From the human T2T-CHM13v2.0 reference genome, Homo sapiens: a stretch of 64,000 nt of DNA. Position 1 is the first letter of the stretch, and each line of letters opens with the position of its first letter. The stretch is taken from NCBI RefSeq assembly GCF_009914755.1, contig NC_060927.1, one strand, 5' to 3'. The notes under the pieces were generated by a model that saw nothing but the letters and a program-made list of their open reading frames with translations, made no database searches and had not been told where the DNA came from. Position numbers and translations under genes: made by a program. Of the stretch, positions 47,886 to 64,000 are shown piece by piece.

Positions 47886-49947
47886 AACTAGGTATTGAAG
47901 GAACATACCTCGAAATCATAAGAGCCATATATGACAAGCATCATACTGAATGATCAACTACAATGGTATTGGAAGTTCTAGTCAGGGCAGTCAGGCAAGA
48001 GAAAGAAATAAAGGGCATCAGGAAGTCACACTATCCCTGTTGGGAGACGACATGATCCTGTATTTCAAAAACCCCCCAGTCTCAGCCCAAAAGCTTCTTA
48101 AGCTGATAAACAACTTCAGCAAAGTCTCAGGATACAAAATCAGTGTGTAGAAATCACTAGCATTCTTGTATGCCAAAAACAAGCCGAGAGCCAAATCAGG
48201 AATGAACTCCCATTCACAATTGCCACAAAAAGAATAAAATATCTAGGAATAGCTAACTAGGGAGGTGAAAGATCTCTACAAGGAGAACTACAAACCACTG
48301 CTCAAATAAATCAGAGATGACACAGACAAATGGAAAAACATTCCATGCTCATGGGTAGCAAGAATTAATATCACTAAAATGGCCATATTGTCCAAAGCAA
48401 TTTATAGATTCAGTGTTAAACTACCATTGACATTCTTTACAGAAATAGGAAATAGACTACTTTAAAATTAATATGGAACAAAAAAAGAGCCATAATAGCC
48501 AAGGCAATCCTAAGCAAAAAGAACAAAGCTGGAGGCATCATGCTACCCATCTTCGAACAATGCTACAAGGCTACACAGTGTGGTACCAGTACAAAAACAG
48601 ATACATAGACCAATGGAACAGAATAGAGAACCCAGAAATAAGACTGCACAGCTACAACTGTCTGATCTTTGACAAACCTGACAAAAGCAATTGGGAAAGG
48701 ATTCCCTATTCAATAAATGGTGCTGGGATAACTGGCTAGCCACATGCAGATTAAAACTAGATGCCTTTCTTATACCATATACAAAAATTAACTCAAGATG
48801 GATTAAAACGTAAATGTAAAACGCAAAACTATAAAATCCCTGGAAGACAACCTAGGCAATACCATTCAGGACGTAGGCACAGGCAAAGCTTTCATGACAA
48901 AGACACCAAGAGCAATTGTAACGGGCAAAAATTGACAAATGGGATCTAATTAAACTAAAGAGCTTCTGCACAGCAAAAGAAACTATCAACAGACTAAACA
49001 GACAGCCTACAGAATGGGAGAAAATTTTTACAAACTATGCATCCAACAAAGGTCTAATATCCAGCATCTATAAGGAACTTAAATAATTTACAAGAAAAAA
49101 AAACATAAAAAAGTGAGCAAAATACATGAACAAATATTTTTCAAAAGAAGACGTGCATGTGGCCAACGATCATATGAAAAAAAACTCGACATCACTGATG
49201 ATTAGAGAAATGCAAGTCAAAATCACAATGAGATACCATCTCACACCAGTCAGAATGTCTGTTGGTAAAAAGTCAAAAGATAAGATACCGGCAAGGTTGT
49301 GAACAAAAGGGAATGCTTATACATTGTTGGTGGGAGTGTAAATCAGTTCAATCATTATGGAAGACAGTGTGGCAATTCCTCAAAGACCTAAAGATAGAAA
49401 TACCATTTGACCCAGCAGCCCCATTACTGGGTATGTATACAAAGGAATATAAATCATTCTCTTATGAAGAGACATGCCATGTATGTTCATTGCAGCACTG
49501 TTCACAATAGCAAAGACATGGTGGAATCAACCTAAATGCCCATCAATGATAGACCAGATAAAGAAAATGTGATATATATACCCTATGGAATACTGTGCAG
49601 CCATAAAAAAGAAAGAGATCATGCCTTTGCAGGTACATGGATGGAGCTGGAGGCTGTTACCCTTAGCAAACCTAACACAAAAACAGAAAACCAAATACCA
49701 CATGTTCTCACTTATAAGTGGGAGCTAAATGATGAGAACACATGGACACATAGAGGGAAACAACAGACACTGGGTCCTGTTGAAGGTTGGAGGGGGTAGG
49801 AGGAAGGAGAGGATCAGGAAAAATAACTAATAGTTAATGGGCCTAATACCTGGGTGATGAAATAATCTGTACAACCAAACCCTCTTGACGCAAGTTTACC
49901 TATGTAACAAGTCAGCACATGAGCACCCGAACTTAAAACTTAAAAAG
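47886..49947 (+). mobile_element. 5'-truncated L1PA interrupting an L1MA
   Basis: ORF2 peptides ([25 protein letters not shown]) and 3' UTR; host L1MA resumes ~49950-50840. Confidence 0.88.
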
Positions 49948-50158
49948 ATAATACGGTATATATACACAATGAAATACCAGTCAGCTTTAAACAAAGAAGG
50001 AAACTCTGTTATTTGCAGCAACATGGATGAATTTGGATGACATTATGTTAAGTGAAGGAAGCCAGGCACAGAAAGACAAATACTACGTGATCTCACTTAT
50101 ATGTAAATCTAAAAATGGTAAACTCATAGAAGTAAAGAATAGAATGGTAATTACCAAA

Positions 50159-50552
50159 TAATATGGTTTAGCTCTGTGTCCCCACCCAAATCTCATGTTG
50201 AATTGTAATTCCCAGTGTTGAAGGTGGGGCCTGGTGGGAGATGATTGGATTATGGGGGTGGTTTCTAATGGTTTAGCACCATCCTCCTAGTGCTGTCTCA
50301 TACAGTTCTTATGAGATCTGATTGTTTGAAAGTGTGTAGCACCTCCCCCTTGTTCTCTGTCTCTCCCCTGCTTGCTATGTGAAGATATGCTTGCTTCCCC
50401 TTCGCCTTTCGCCATGATTGTAAGTTTCCTGAGGGCTCCCCAGGCATGCCTCCTGTACAGTCTGCAGAACTGTGGGTCAATTAAACCTGTTTTCTTCATA
50501 AATTACCCAGTCTCAGGTAGTTCTTTAGAGCAATGTGAGACTGGACTAATAA
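50159..50552 (-). mobile_element. MaLR solo LTR (MST-like)
   Basis: atatggtttagctctgtgtccccacccaaatctcatg...ggactaata; 5-bp TSD ccaaa. Confidence 0.88.
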
Positions 50553-51149
50553 CCAAAGCTGGGAGGATGTCAATCAAAGGATACAAAATTTCAGCTAAAT
50601 AGGAATAATTTCAAGAGATCTATCATACAACATGGTTACTACTGTTAATAACAATGTATCCTATTCTTGAAAATTGCTAAGACAGTAGATTTTGTGTTTT
50701 CACTACAAAATAATGAGGTAATACATATGTTAATAACTCAATTTAGCCATTCCACAATAAATACATATTTTGAAACAACACACTGTAAATGATAAATTGT
50801 ACAATTTTATTTGTCAATTTAAATAAATGTAAAAAAGAATAAAAAAACAAGAATAAACTGTATGAAAACAGAATGCTGATACAAGAAAAAGCTGTTAGAA
50901 TTTTAAAATGTAGGTACCAAAAGCTCAGCATAAGACCTGGAAACTAAAGTTGAGGATATCTTTCAGAGAGAAAGAGAGAGAGAAAAAGAAGATGGATATA
51001 GAGGACCACTTCAGGAATTTTAATATCTAACTAATTGGAGAGTGGGGAAGAAAGAAGGGGAAAAGTGGAGAGAAATCATCAAATAAAATAATACAGAATC
51101 ATTTTGCAGAGCTAAAATATATAAGTCTTTGGTTAAAAAGAGCCACTGA

Positions 51150-51748
<599 letters not shown>

Positions 51749-52243
51749 CACTGAGTCCTGACAATTATGAATTTCTTTAAGACACATGCATAAACATGTC
51801 CTTGAAGTTTTGGAAAAATGTAGATAAAGAGACTAGGATGGTATTAGATTCTCATTGGCATCCCTCAGGAAATGGATTTGAACTTAGATTTCTGTATCTT
51901 GCTAACCTAGTAATTAGGAATGAGGTTCACATAAACCTGATTCCTGGACATTCATGGACTGAGAAAGTTTATCTCCTTTATAAGTTACCTCTTTGCTTCT
52001 TAAATGGTTACTTGCATATATACTGCAGCAAAGTAAGTAAACCAAGAAAGAGGAATACATGAGATCTAAGACACAGTGGATTCAATCCAGAGAAGTAATG
52101 AAGGGCAGCATCAGGATAACTGAAGAGCAGCCAGTTCAGAAGAGAGAAGGTGGTAAAATTCCTCCAAGCAGGTCTTCTCCATGATGGGGGAGAGGGAGGC
52201 AAGGAGCAACTCCATGCAATACAGTTACATTTGAGAATAAGGG

Positions 52244-54228
<1,985 letters not shown>

Positions 54229-55488
54229 GACTCTGGAGGGGTGCATGGGTTCTATACTAATGTGTTTTTCAAATGTGTTTCAGGGTGTTTCTCTTGTTGT
54301 GGATATGTCAGGAAATGGTTGTGTTCACCTTTCCAGCTTAAGGAAACTCGTCAAAGCTAATGAAAATTGTTTCCATAATTTTTGTGTAAATAAAAATGAT
54401 TTCTAATTTCATGAAAAAAAGTAAATTAAAAACAATTAGAAATGCCAGGAAGAATGAAAAAACTATATAAGACAGCCACGATCTAAACAAGAAGCAGAAT
54501 AAAATATGGTATGATTATGAACAGCTGATGCAGTTAGAAAAGACAGTTTAACCTCAATGTCAGAAACAATCTCCTTTGAACATTCCAAGACCCTGATGCT
54601 GGACCTACACATAATGAAATACGTTCCTCATAGATTGCCTGACCTGACATTCAACCATATTTATATAATCAAAATATCACAAAAACATTTTAGTTTATAG
54701 CATCTAAAATCACTGTGTGGATAATCTATAGAAAATTTTATTGTGGTTGTAGAACAGTATGAAAAAAACCTGCACAACATAAAAGTCAAAATATTGCCAA
54801 TAAAATATGAAGGTAAAAGGGAGAAGAGAGAATAAGGATGGGTTGATATTATCCTATGTAAAAGGAAAGTAAGGAACTATGATGAATGAAAATTAGATGG
54901 ATAAATACAAGTTTTGCAGCTTACAAAGATAATCAACCAAAGAACTGAACATCATAACCTCAAATATTGGGATAGGGGAGTAAAGTAGGACAGTACAAAT
55001 GAGCTAAATCCACATGTTTCCTAGCAAAGAATCAATATTTTCTAAAGTTGATAAAGTACTAATTATAATGTAGTTTTTAATTACATTTTTATTAAATATA
55101 TGTTTAGTTATAGAGATAACCAGCAAAAGACCTAAAAGTGTAAATGATTGGAAAGAAGTGGGGCTAAAGATGGAAGGGTGGGGTAGGTTAGTAGAATGTT
55201 TGTTTATATAAATGCTTGTATATGCTTTTGCTTTTATACTGTGTGTATATATAAATTTTTTACGTTTTTATTATGGAGAATTTTGAAATGCATACATACT
55301 GGTATAGCAAAGCCTTATGTACCCCTCACCTAGTCCCAGTAATGATCAGAAATTAAGAAGGCAGAGAATAAAAAACCAATAGCACTTTTAATAAATTGAA
55401 ATTTTGGTTATGGGAAAATATTAACAAAAACCAACAACTGACTAATTTGATTAAGAAAAAAGGGAGAATACACTAATATGCAAAATAA

Positions 55489-55773
<285 letters not shown>

Positions 55774-56265
55774 AGAAGAAACTTTTAAAATCAGAAAAGG
55801 CTACTTTGCAGACACCTAGGAAAATAAATTTGAAAACCTAGATGAAATGGACAGTTTCCTAGGAAAATACATAGGACCCAAATTGACTCCATTTGATTTA
55901 GAAAGGTAAACAGACTAGCTTTTATAGAATAAATACAGATATTTATTACAAAACTGCACAAAAAAGCACAAAGCCCAGGTAGTTTTACAGGGGAATTCTG
56001 CCAAACCTTCAACAACCAGGTAGTTCAAATGCTCCATAAATTATTTCAGAGTATTGAAAAGGAAGGAAAATTTCAAACTCCTTTTATGAAGCAAGTATAA
56101 CACTGATACCTAAATCAGGAAAAGACCATCCAGAGAATAAAACTGCAAACAAATATAGCTTCAAGATGAATGATAAAAGGTAATAAAACATTACCAAACA
56201 ATATACCATGACCAAGTGGGATTTATTCCAGGAAGGCAAGATTGTTTTAATATTAGGATATTTAT

Positions 56266-56681
56266 TGTGTTAAGCTGTTCTTGCATTGCTGTAAAGAAAT
56301 AACAGATACTAGGTAATTTATAAAGAGAAGAGGTTTAAGTGGCTTACAGTTCTGCAGGCTTTACAGGAAGTACGGTGCTGGCATCTGCTTGGCCTACGGT
56401 GAAGCCTCGGAGTTTTCAATCATGGCGGAAGGACAAGGGGGAAGCCAGCATCTCACTTGGCGAGAGCAGGAGCAAGGTGTGGGGGAGTTGCTGCACACTT
56501 TTAAACAACCAGATCTCATGAGAACTCACTATCTCGAGGAGCGCACCAAGAGGACAATGCTAGATCGTTCAAGAGAAATCCACCCTATGATCCAGTCACC
56601 TTCCACCAGGCCCCCATTTGCAACACTGAGGATTACAATTCAACATAAGATTTGCCAGGGAAATAGATCCAAACCATATCA
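56266..56681 (+). mobile_element. MaLR solo LTR (MST-like)
   Basis: TG...CA termini with 5-bp TSD tttat. Confidence 0.88.
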
Positions 56682-57751
56682 TTTATTAATGTCGTATGTT
56701 ATATCTAAGGAAAAAAAATTTCTCTGTATTTTAGATACTTTCTTAACATGATGAAATACATATACCTTAGTGTTAAAGCCAATATCTTATTTAATGGGAA
56801 AACACTAGAGGCACTTCAACAAAGATCAGGAACAAGGCAAGGATGCCCACTATCTCCACTACTATTCAGCATTTTACTGTAGTAATTGTATAAGAGAAAA
56901 CAATTAGAAGCATAAGATTGGTTAAAGAAGTAAAAGTATCTTGTTGCAGATGACAGTAAAGTTTGAAAATTCAGAAAAATTAGTAATAAAACTAACTCAA
57001 TAAAATATTAAAGTAGGAGGAAATAAAATTAACAGAAAAATCAATAGATTTGCCACTTCTGACCAAGAAGGACTAACAGGGACTGGATTTACCTTCCACT
57101 TGCAACAAATGGAAAGTAACAGACAGGAAATATAAAACAATGGGTTTTCAAGATGGTGCACATCAGGCAACAAACGAGTGATTCATTCCTGAGAGACAGA
57201 AACAAAGTGAGTCTTAGGATTGAGAGAGCGTACCACCTTGAGAAAGTTTTCTAGTCATAGTGCAAGAATGGGAAACCCAGGCTGAGTTAAGTGGACTCCT
57301 TGAGTTTAGGAGACAGAGCCTAAGGGTCTAAGAGAACCAAGGTGACTAGAATTCTCTGGACAGAGTACCAAAGAGGAGAGAACTGCATGGAGAACAATCC
57401 TCAGAGATCTTCAGAAGTTCCTCCATGAGTATTCAGCAGAGTACTGATCAGCAAATAGATGAGGAAACTAACCAAAGCTGAACAATATATGGAATCAACC
57501 TAAGTATTAGTGAATGAAGGCATAAAGAAAATGTACACAATGAAATACTATTCTAGTAGTAATGGGCACCTTTCACACCCAGATTTGGTTTCAAATACCA
57601 TTTTCCAATGAAAGGAGCCAGGGCTTCTTAGACAAAAGGTTCGTATACCAGAGCTGGGGCAAGGAAAATACAAGATAAACATGGGTCATCTTATGCCAGA
57701 AAATATGAAAGTCCCCGTAAAAACACAGGGGCATATCAAGAGAACACAGGT

Positions 57752-58029
57752 GGCCAGGCTCATGCCTGTGATCCCAACATTTTGGGAGGCGAAGGCAGGC
57801 AGATCGCTTGAGCCCAGGAGTTCGAGACCAGCCAGGGCAACATGGTGAAACCCCATCTCTACTAAAAAACAAAAACGGCATGGTGGCACACACCTGTAGT
57901 TCCAGCTACTCAGGGGGCTGAGGAAGGAGGATCACTTGAACCTGGAAGGTAGAGGTTTCAGTGAGCCAAGATGGAGTCACTACACTCCATTCTGGGTGAC
58001 AGAGTAAGACCCTGTCTCATTTATAAAAA
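57752..58029 (+). mobile_element. AluJ-like
   Basis: TSD agagaacacagg. Confidence 0.9.
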
Positions 58030-58114
58030 GAGAACACAGGAGCCAACCTGAAGGAGCTCCTAATGGCCAAAGCTACATCAATTTGAGCAACAAAATGATG
58101 ATAGTATAGGATTA

Positions 58115-58429
<315 letters not shown>

Positions 58430-59095
58430 CTACAGTGTAAATGTTGCAGGCATAATCTAACAATAGATGCTAAAATGAATGAGAGAAATTTTGAGGAGAA
58501 ATAGGATATTGACACTCTCAAAAGCGTCTGCCTCCATGATATTTGTCTATTATTAAGAGAAAATAGCAACTTTACAGTGGAGAACGCAGCAGACACCACT
58601 TGAACTAAGTGTGATTAAAGTTAACATCACCAAATGAAGACATACCAACATCACATACCCTCTGTATTACGTATGCCCAGTGATGCACTGAAAAGGACTC
58701 ATCACTTCTGTGGTTCTCCTGCCAAAAATGTGTAACCTTAATCATGACCAGACATCAAACAAAACCAAATGGAGAGACAGTCTACAGAATAACTGACCAA
58801 AACTCATTAAAAGCATCAAAATCGTAAGGAAAGACTAACGAACTTTCACAGATTGGAAGAGACCAGTGAGACACAAAAGCTAAATGCAGTGTAAGATCCT
58901 GGAACAGAAAAAGACATTAGTGGAAAAACTAGTGAGATTTGAGTAGTTTCATATATTATCCATGTTCATTTTCTGGTTTTTATCACTATACTATTGTTTG
59001 TGACTTGTTACCATTAAGGGAAGCTGGGAGAGGAGCATAGGAAATTTTTCTATAATAATTTTTGTAAGTATAAGATTATTTCCAAATAAAAAGTT

Positions 59096-59390
59096 AGCCA
59101 GGCATGGTGGCTCATGCCTGTAATCCCAGCACTTTGGGAGGCCTAGGGGAGTGGATCACTTGACACCAGTAGTTCAAGACCAGCCTGGCCAGCATGGTGA
59201 AACCTTGTCTCTACTAAAAATACAAAAATTAACCTGGTGTGGTGCGACATACCTGTAGTCCCAGCTACTCAAGAGGCTGAGGGATGAGAATCCCTTGAAC
59301 TTGGAGAGGCAGAGGTTGTCATAAGCTGAGATCGTAGCACTGTACTCCAGCCTGGGAGGCGGAGCGAGACTCTGTCTCAAAAAATAAAAA
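59096..59390 (+). mobile_element. Alu (AluS/J)
   Basis: Full dimer. Confidence 0.9.
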
Positions 59391-60278
59391 TTATGTAATA
59401 TGTATAATAATAAGCCTAAAAAAAGTTAAAGAAATAAGTCCATTGGTTTGAGACTATGTATTGGTATTATAGCTAACTGCTCTGAAGAAACAGAAGAGAT
59501 ATACTTGATGTCTGTCTGTTGATGACAAGCCAGTTAATAGACTATATCTGTAATGGCATAGCTATTTCCTCTGGTTAATTAATATTGTGATTATCTCTAT
59601 TAGATCCTCTGGGCTCATTCAGAATGCTTTAAAAATCTAATTAGAAAATAAAAACAGTATTTTCAGGTTTTAATATTCCAATAGTCTTCAATGAGAACAA
59701 GATTAAAGATTTAAAAATAAATAAAATTCTAATGTGAGAAATGATTTATCCACACAATTATGATAAAATCTGATGGGCATTAACTGGCTTGCACAGCTTA
59801 ACAAAGATTCAAACTACTTGACTACATGGCTGCTTTTTTTTTCCAAAAAGAATTTTCCATGTTTTTAGATTATGAAAGAGGATCATTTTCATTGGCTTGC
59901 ATCTACTGTCCACGACATCCTTTCTGTGTAAATACACTTTACATAATACCTCGACAATAATCTGTGGGATGAATTGCCTTGATGTGCTGTTGATGTGTTA
60001 GAATTACAGTACATACCTCGGAGACATTTGATTCACAAATTACCTAACGTAGCTAAAATCAAACTTCAACTTTTTTTGAAGTATGCTGTGTATACAGAAA
60101 AGCACACATAAGTATGCTTATAATGAAACGAATTTAATAAAGAATTAAATTTTAAGTGCATTATTCATTATTGTAAAATAGCAAGTTTGCTCAACTGGCA
60201 ACATACAGGAAGGAAAAACTTCCATAGGCATAATTTTTGTATGTTTGTTAATTTAGTTTTGGTTTTGATCTTTTTCAG

Positions 60279-60353
60279 GATGTGGTGGATACCCACCCTG
60301 GTCTCACGTTCCTGAAAGATGCTCCAGAATTCCACTCCCGCTACATCACCACG
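60279..60353 (+). CDS. PPP2R3A: PPP2R3A coding exon (DVVDTHPGLTFLKDAPEFHSRYITT)
   Basis: Acceptor tctttttcag|GAT, donor ACG|GTAGGC; 75 nt, phase 0/0; conserved B'' HPGLxFL...EFHSRY motif; absent from the ORF track. Confidence 0.95.
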
Positions 60354-61329
60354 GTAGGCTGAGTCATCTTTTTTCTTAATATAACTCCATAAGTCACCTT
60401 TTTATTACCATCTGCTATCCAGAATTTCAAGTATCTATGCAAAAGGTAACATGGGTTATAATGATTATTTCAAGTGGAAGGAAGCTAAAATAAAATTGAA
60501 TTCATAATTTCTTCATTTTTATCTATTTTCCTTCTTGTTTGTGCCCAATACTTACAAAATTAAAGTAATATATTCCTTCTATCTGGTCTTATGAGGCATA
60601 TCTTTTTCTGTGTTATGAATATTGATATCCAGTTGATATTTAGCATTTCCAAATAAGACTGAAAAGAATTTTCAACAGTCTGTCCCTGTCCCAGAAAAAA
60701 AGATTGGTCTCTAGTACCTCAAAGTTAGAACTGGACATGATAATGAGAAAATAGCTTGTGTGTAATCAGAAAACGATGTAAGAATTTAAAACAACATGAT
60801 CACAATCTCATTTTGTGAGGAGCTCGCACTCCCTGTTTCTCAGGCACAGCCTCATTTGGTCAGTCCCAGTTAGGTCAGGAATTATAAGTGAGCACACACA
60901 GGCCCACAGGGCACAGAGTAGCCATTTCATGCACTCTGCTCTAGCTCCCACATTATCTTTGGAGACATTCCACCGACCAGCCCCAGGGCCATTCACCAGA
61001 CACATTCTCAAGTGAGATGGCCCTGGCATGTAGCTCAGATTCCTCAGCTAAACAGGGCCGTCTCCTCTGAGGACCACCCTCCTATACTTAGGGTACAGTT
61101 TGTTAGCCAAAGATATGTTAGGTCCTGCCGAGTTACAAAATACTACTGTTTTCTTTTTCTCCTGTAGGAACTTTATTTTTCATTCAGTGCTTTTGCATTG
61201 GCTCTCTTATGTCAGTATAAAACTTTGTAAGATTTTATTTGAGCCAGAAGGTGTCACTGTTATCTAAGACAATCTCAGAAGTTATTTTTTCCTGTTAACC
61301 GTGACACTCTACTAAATTACCTCTACCAC

Positions 61330-62085
61330 AATCAACCTGGCCTGTCGCCCTGATATCAAACTTGGTTTATTTTTAATTGGTCTCCCTGTTACCACTCTAA
61401 TTGCCCCATAGTCTAGCCTCCACAGAGCAAACAATTGTCCTTTTAAAAAATCAGCCAGATCATGTCACTCCTCTGCTCAAACCCTGCAGTAGTTTCCCAG
61501 CTCACATAGAATAAAAGCCAAGTCCTTGCCAAGATTCTCCATAATCCTCCCATACCCTGGCAACCCCTATTCTCTCATCTTATCTCCTACCTCCCACTCA
61601 TTTTCTTACTCTGCTTCAGCCACCATGAGCAAACCAAACCCACTTCTGCCTCACATGCTTTGTTCTTCCTCTTTCCTTTGCTTGGAATGTTCTTCCTACA
61701 GATTTCCACATTGTCACTCCCTCACTTCATCCAGATATCTGCTCGGTTCCCTTATTTAGTGAGGCCCTCCCTGATCACTCTCTGTTTTTGTAACCCTTCT
61801 TCCTCTGCCCCCTCCCCCTACACTCTATTCCTTTGTCCTGCTTCATTTTTCTTCTTAGCTCCTATCATCTGATATTTAATTTTTTGTTTGTCCATCTCCT
61901 ATCATCTGATAAAATTTAATTTTTTGTTTGTCCATCTCCTGTCATCTGATATTTAATTTTTTGTTTGTCCATCTCCGTCTCTATAATATAAGCTCCATAC
62001 AAGCAGGAACTTTGTCTATGTCCTCAGTACCTAGAATATTCCCTGGCATATAATAGACAGTCAATATGTACTGAGTGAATACATG
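61330..62085 (+). mobile_element. L2 3' fragment
   Basis: cagatcatgtcactcctctgctcaaaccctgcag...taagctccat...gcaggaactttgtct...tgagtgaat. Confidence 0.75.
61859..61976. repeat. ~38-bp tandem triplication within the L2
   Basis: ctcctatcatctgatatttaattttttgtttgtccat x3. Confidence 0.9.
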
Positions 62086-62110
62086 AAATTATCCATGTTT
62101 AAGAATTCTA

Positions 62111-62400
62111 GGCCAGGCACAGTGACTCATACCTGTAATCCCAGCACTTTGGGAGCCCGAGGCAGACAGATTACTTGAGGCGAGACATTCAAGACCAGCT
62201 TGGCCAACATGGTGAAACCCCGTCTCTACTAAAAATATAAAAATTAGCCAGGTGTGGTGGTGCACACCTGTAGTCCCAGCTACTCAGGAGGCTGAGGCAC
62301 GGGAATCACTTGAACCCAGGAGGTGGAGGTTGCAGTGAGCTGAGATTCTTGCCCCTGCACTCCAGCCTGGGAGGCAGAGCAAGGATCTGTCTCAAAAGAA
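62111..62400 (+). mobile_element. AluS
   Basis: TSD aagaattcta. Confidence 0.92.
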
Positions 62401-62736
62401 AAGAATTCTACGCTAGCTCTGGCTGCAGTCCCAAAGAGAATTATTGGGTTCTGAATATTGACTATTCTGAAAACTCAGGGCATATTAACAGCATAATTTA
62501 GATTCTTAAGAGTTAGAAAAGATCTTAGAAATAAACTAGTCCAAACTGTTGGAATTAAACTAGTCCAAACTGTTGGCATGTATTCTTAGATATTAAAGAA
62601 CAAAAGAGTAAAATGGAAATAAGTTTTCTTTATGGTTCTAGTTTGATATTTCTTTTTTTTCTTTCATGATCTTAATGAACGCATAGTTTGATATTTTTTG
62701 AAGTACTTGGACATTCGATGGTATTTGGTCACCTAG

Positions 62737-63067
<331 letters not shown>

Positions 63068-64000
63068 ATCCCCAGGAAGTTTTATGATTTTAGAGTGAAA
63101 AGCCATGAAACCATTTTGTTCACATATAATTCACATTTTCTGAGAAATAGCGTCATGTTAATAATAGTTGAACAAAATGAACTACACTGGCGAATTAATA
63201 GAGTACAGTTAATTATCTCTGCTGTAATATTTTCATGGCATTTGTATGTAACTTTACATTTGTTAAATTTCACTTTGTTATTAACATTGTGCTGCTTTAT
63301 CTCCAATGCACAAAAGTGAATCCATTACTCAGAACTAGCCATTTAAGTATAAAATACTTGTGATAAAATGATGATAATATGGCAACTCAAAACAGCACCA
63401 TAACATAAATAGTAAACAAGACCTAATTGGGAACATTTCACGTGAATATGTACTGAGATAAGTGAATAACTGCCATTGTGATAAACTCACAAAAAGGGCA
63501 AATAAAAAGTATAAAAACGATTATCTGGAAATAGAATTGTATTAGACTGGTTATCTTCTCCTCAGTGCCTTTTCTGTTATGAAACTTGGTCAAATAATGG
63601 CATGAAGTCATTGAAACTGTTGCATTATTTCAGAGTACAGTGAGTTTTTCTAGAACAAATGTAAAATAAGGCCTTCTAGTATGAAATTAATTTTGTTGTT
63701 AGACATAAAAGTGACCAAATTAAAAAGACATCGTTCTCTACCCTGCTCACAGCAAAAACAGTTAAGATCACACTATTTCTAAGAAACATATAAAGATCAG
63801 CCTCAGAATTAATGACAGATATCTCAGAAAAAGCAAAATCAGTTACCATGTGACTCTATTGAATGTTATATAATCTTCGTGGCATACAGTATAGAAGAAC
63901 AATTAATATGTTTGCATGCTAGTGTTACTCAGTTCTTTCAGTTTGCATTTGGAAGAAACCACTGACATAGAGTGTGATCCAAGTATTAGCTTATGTGAGG

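Overview
Primate, very probably human, genomic DNA lying inside the PP2A regulatory subunit B''alpha gene PPP2R3A (+ strand). It is not prokaryotic, and most entries in the ORF track are Alu or L1 translations. Five spliced coding exons can be read directly: the PR72-isoform first exon (12844-12975) and four downstream exons (16611-16877, 30649-30752, 39053-39155, 60279-60353). All have GT/AG boundaries and consistent phase, and they join into one frame. The rest is intron packed with Alu, L1, L2, MIR, MaLR LTR and MER elements. The most notable item is a DONSON processed pseudogene (~43853-45572) with a clear 5' inversion (twin-priming structure), a TSD and a nested Alu. Other observations: a MEF2/E-box/GATA cluster upstream of the PR72 exon, an AluYa5-type arm nested in an older Alu, a probable short L1 3' transduction, an internally deleted L1, inverted Alu pairs around exons and several micro-duplications. 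I found no evidence of a new protein-coding system. Gene and subfamily identifications come from recall of the sequences, not database searches, and repeat boundaries are approximate.
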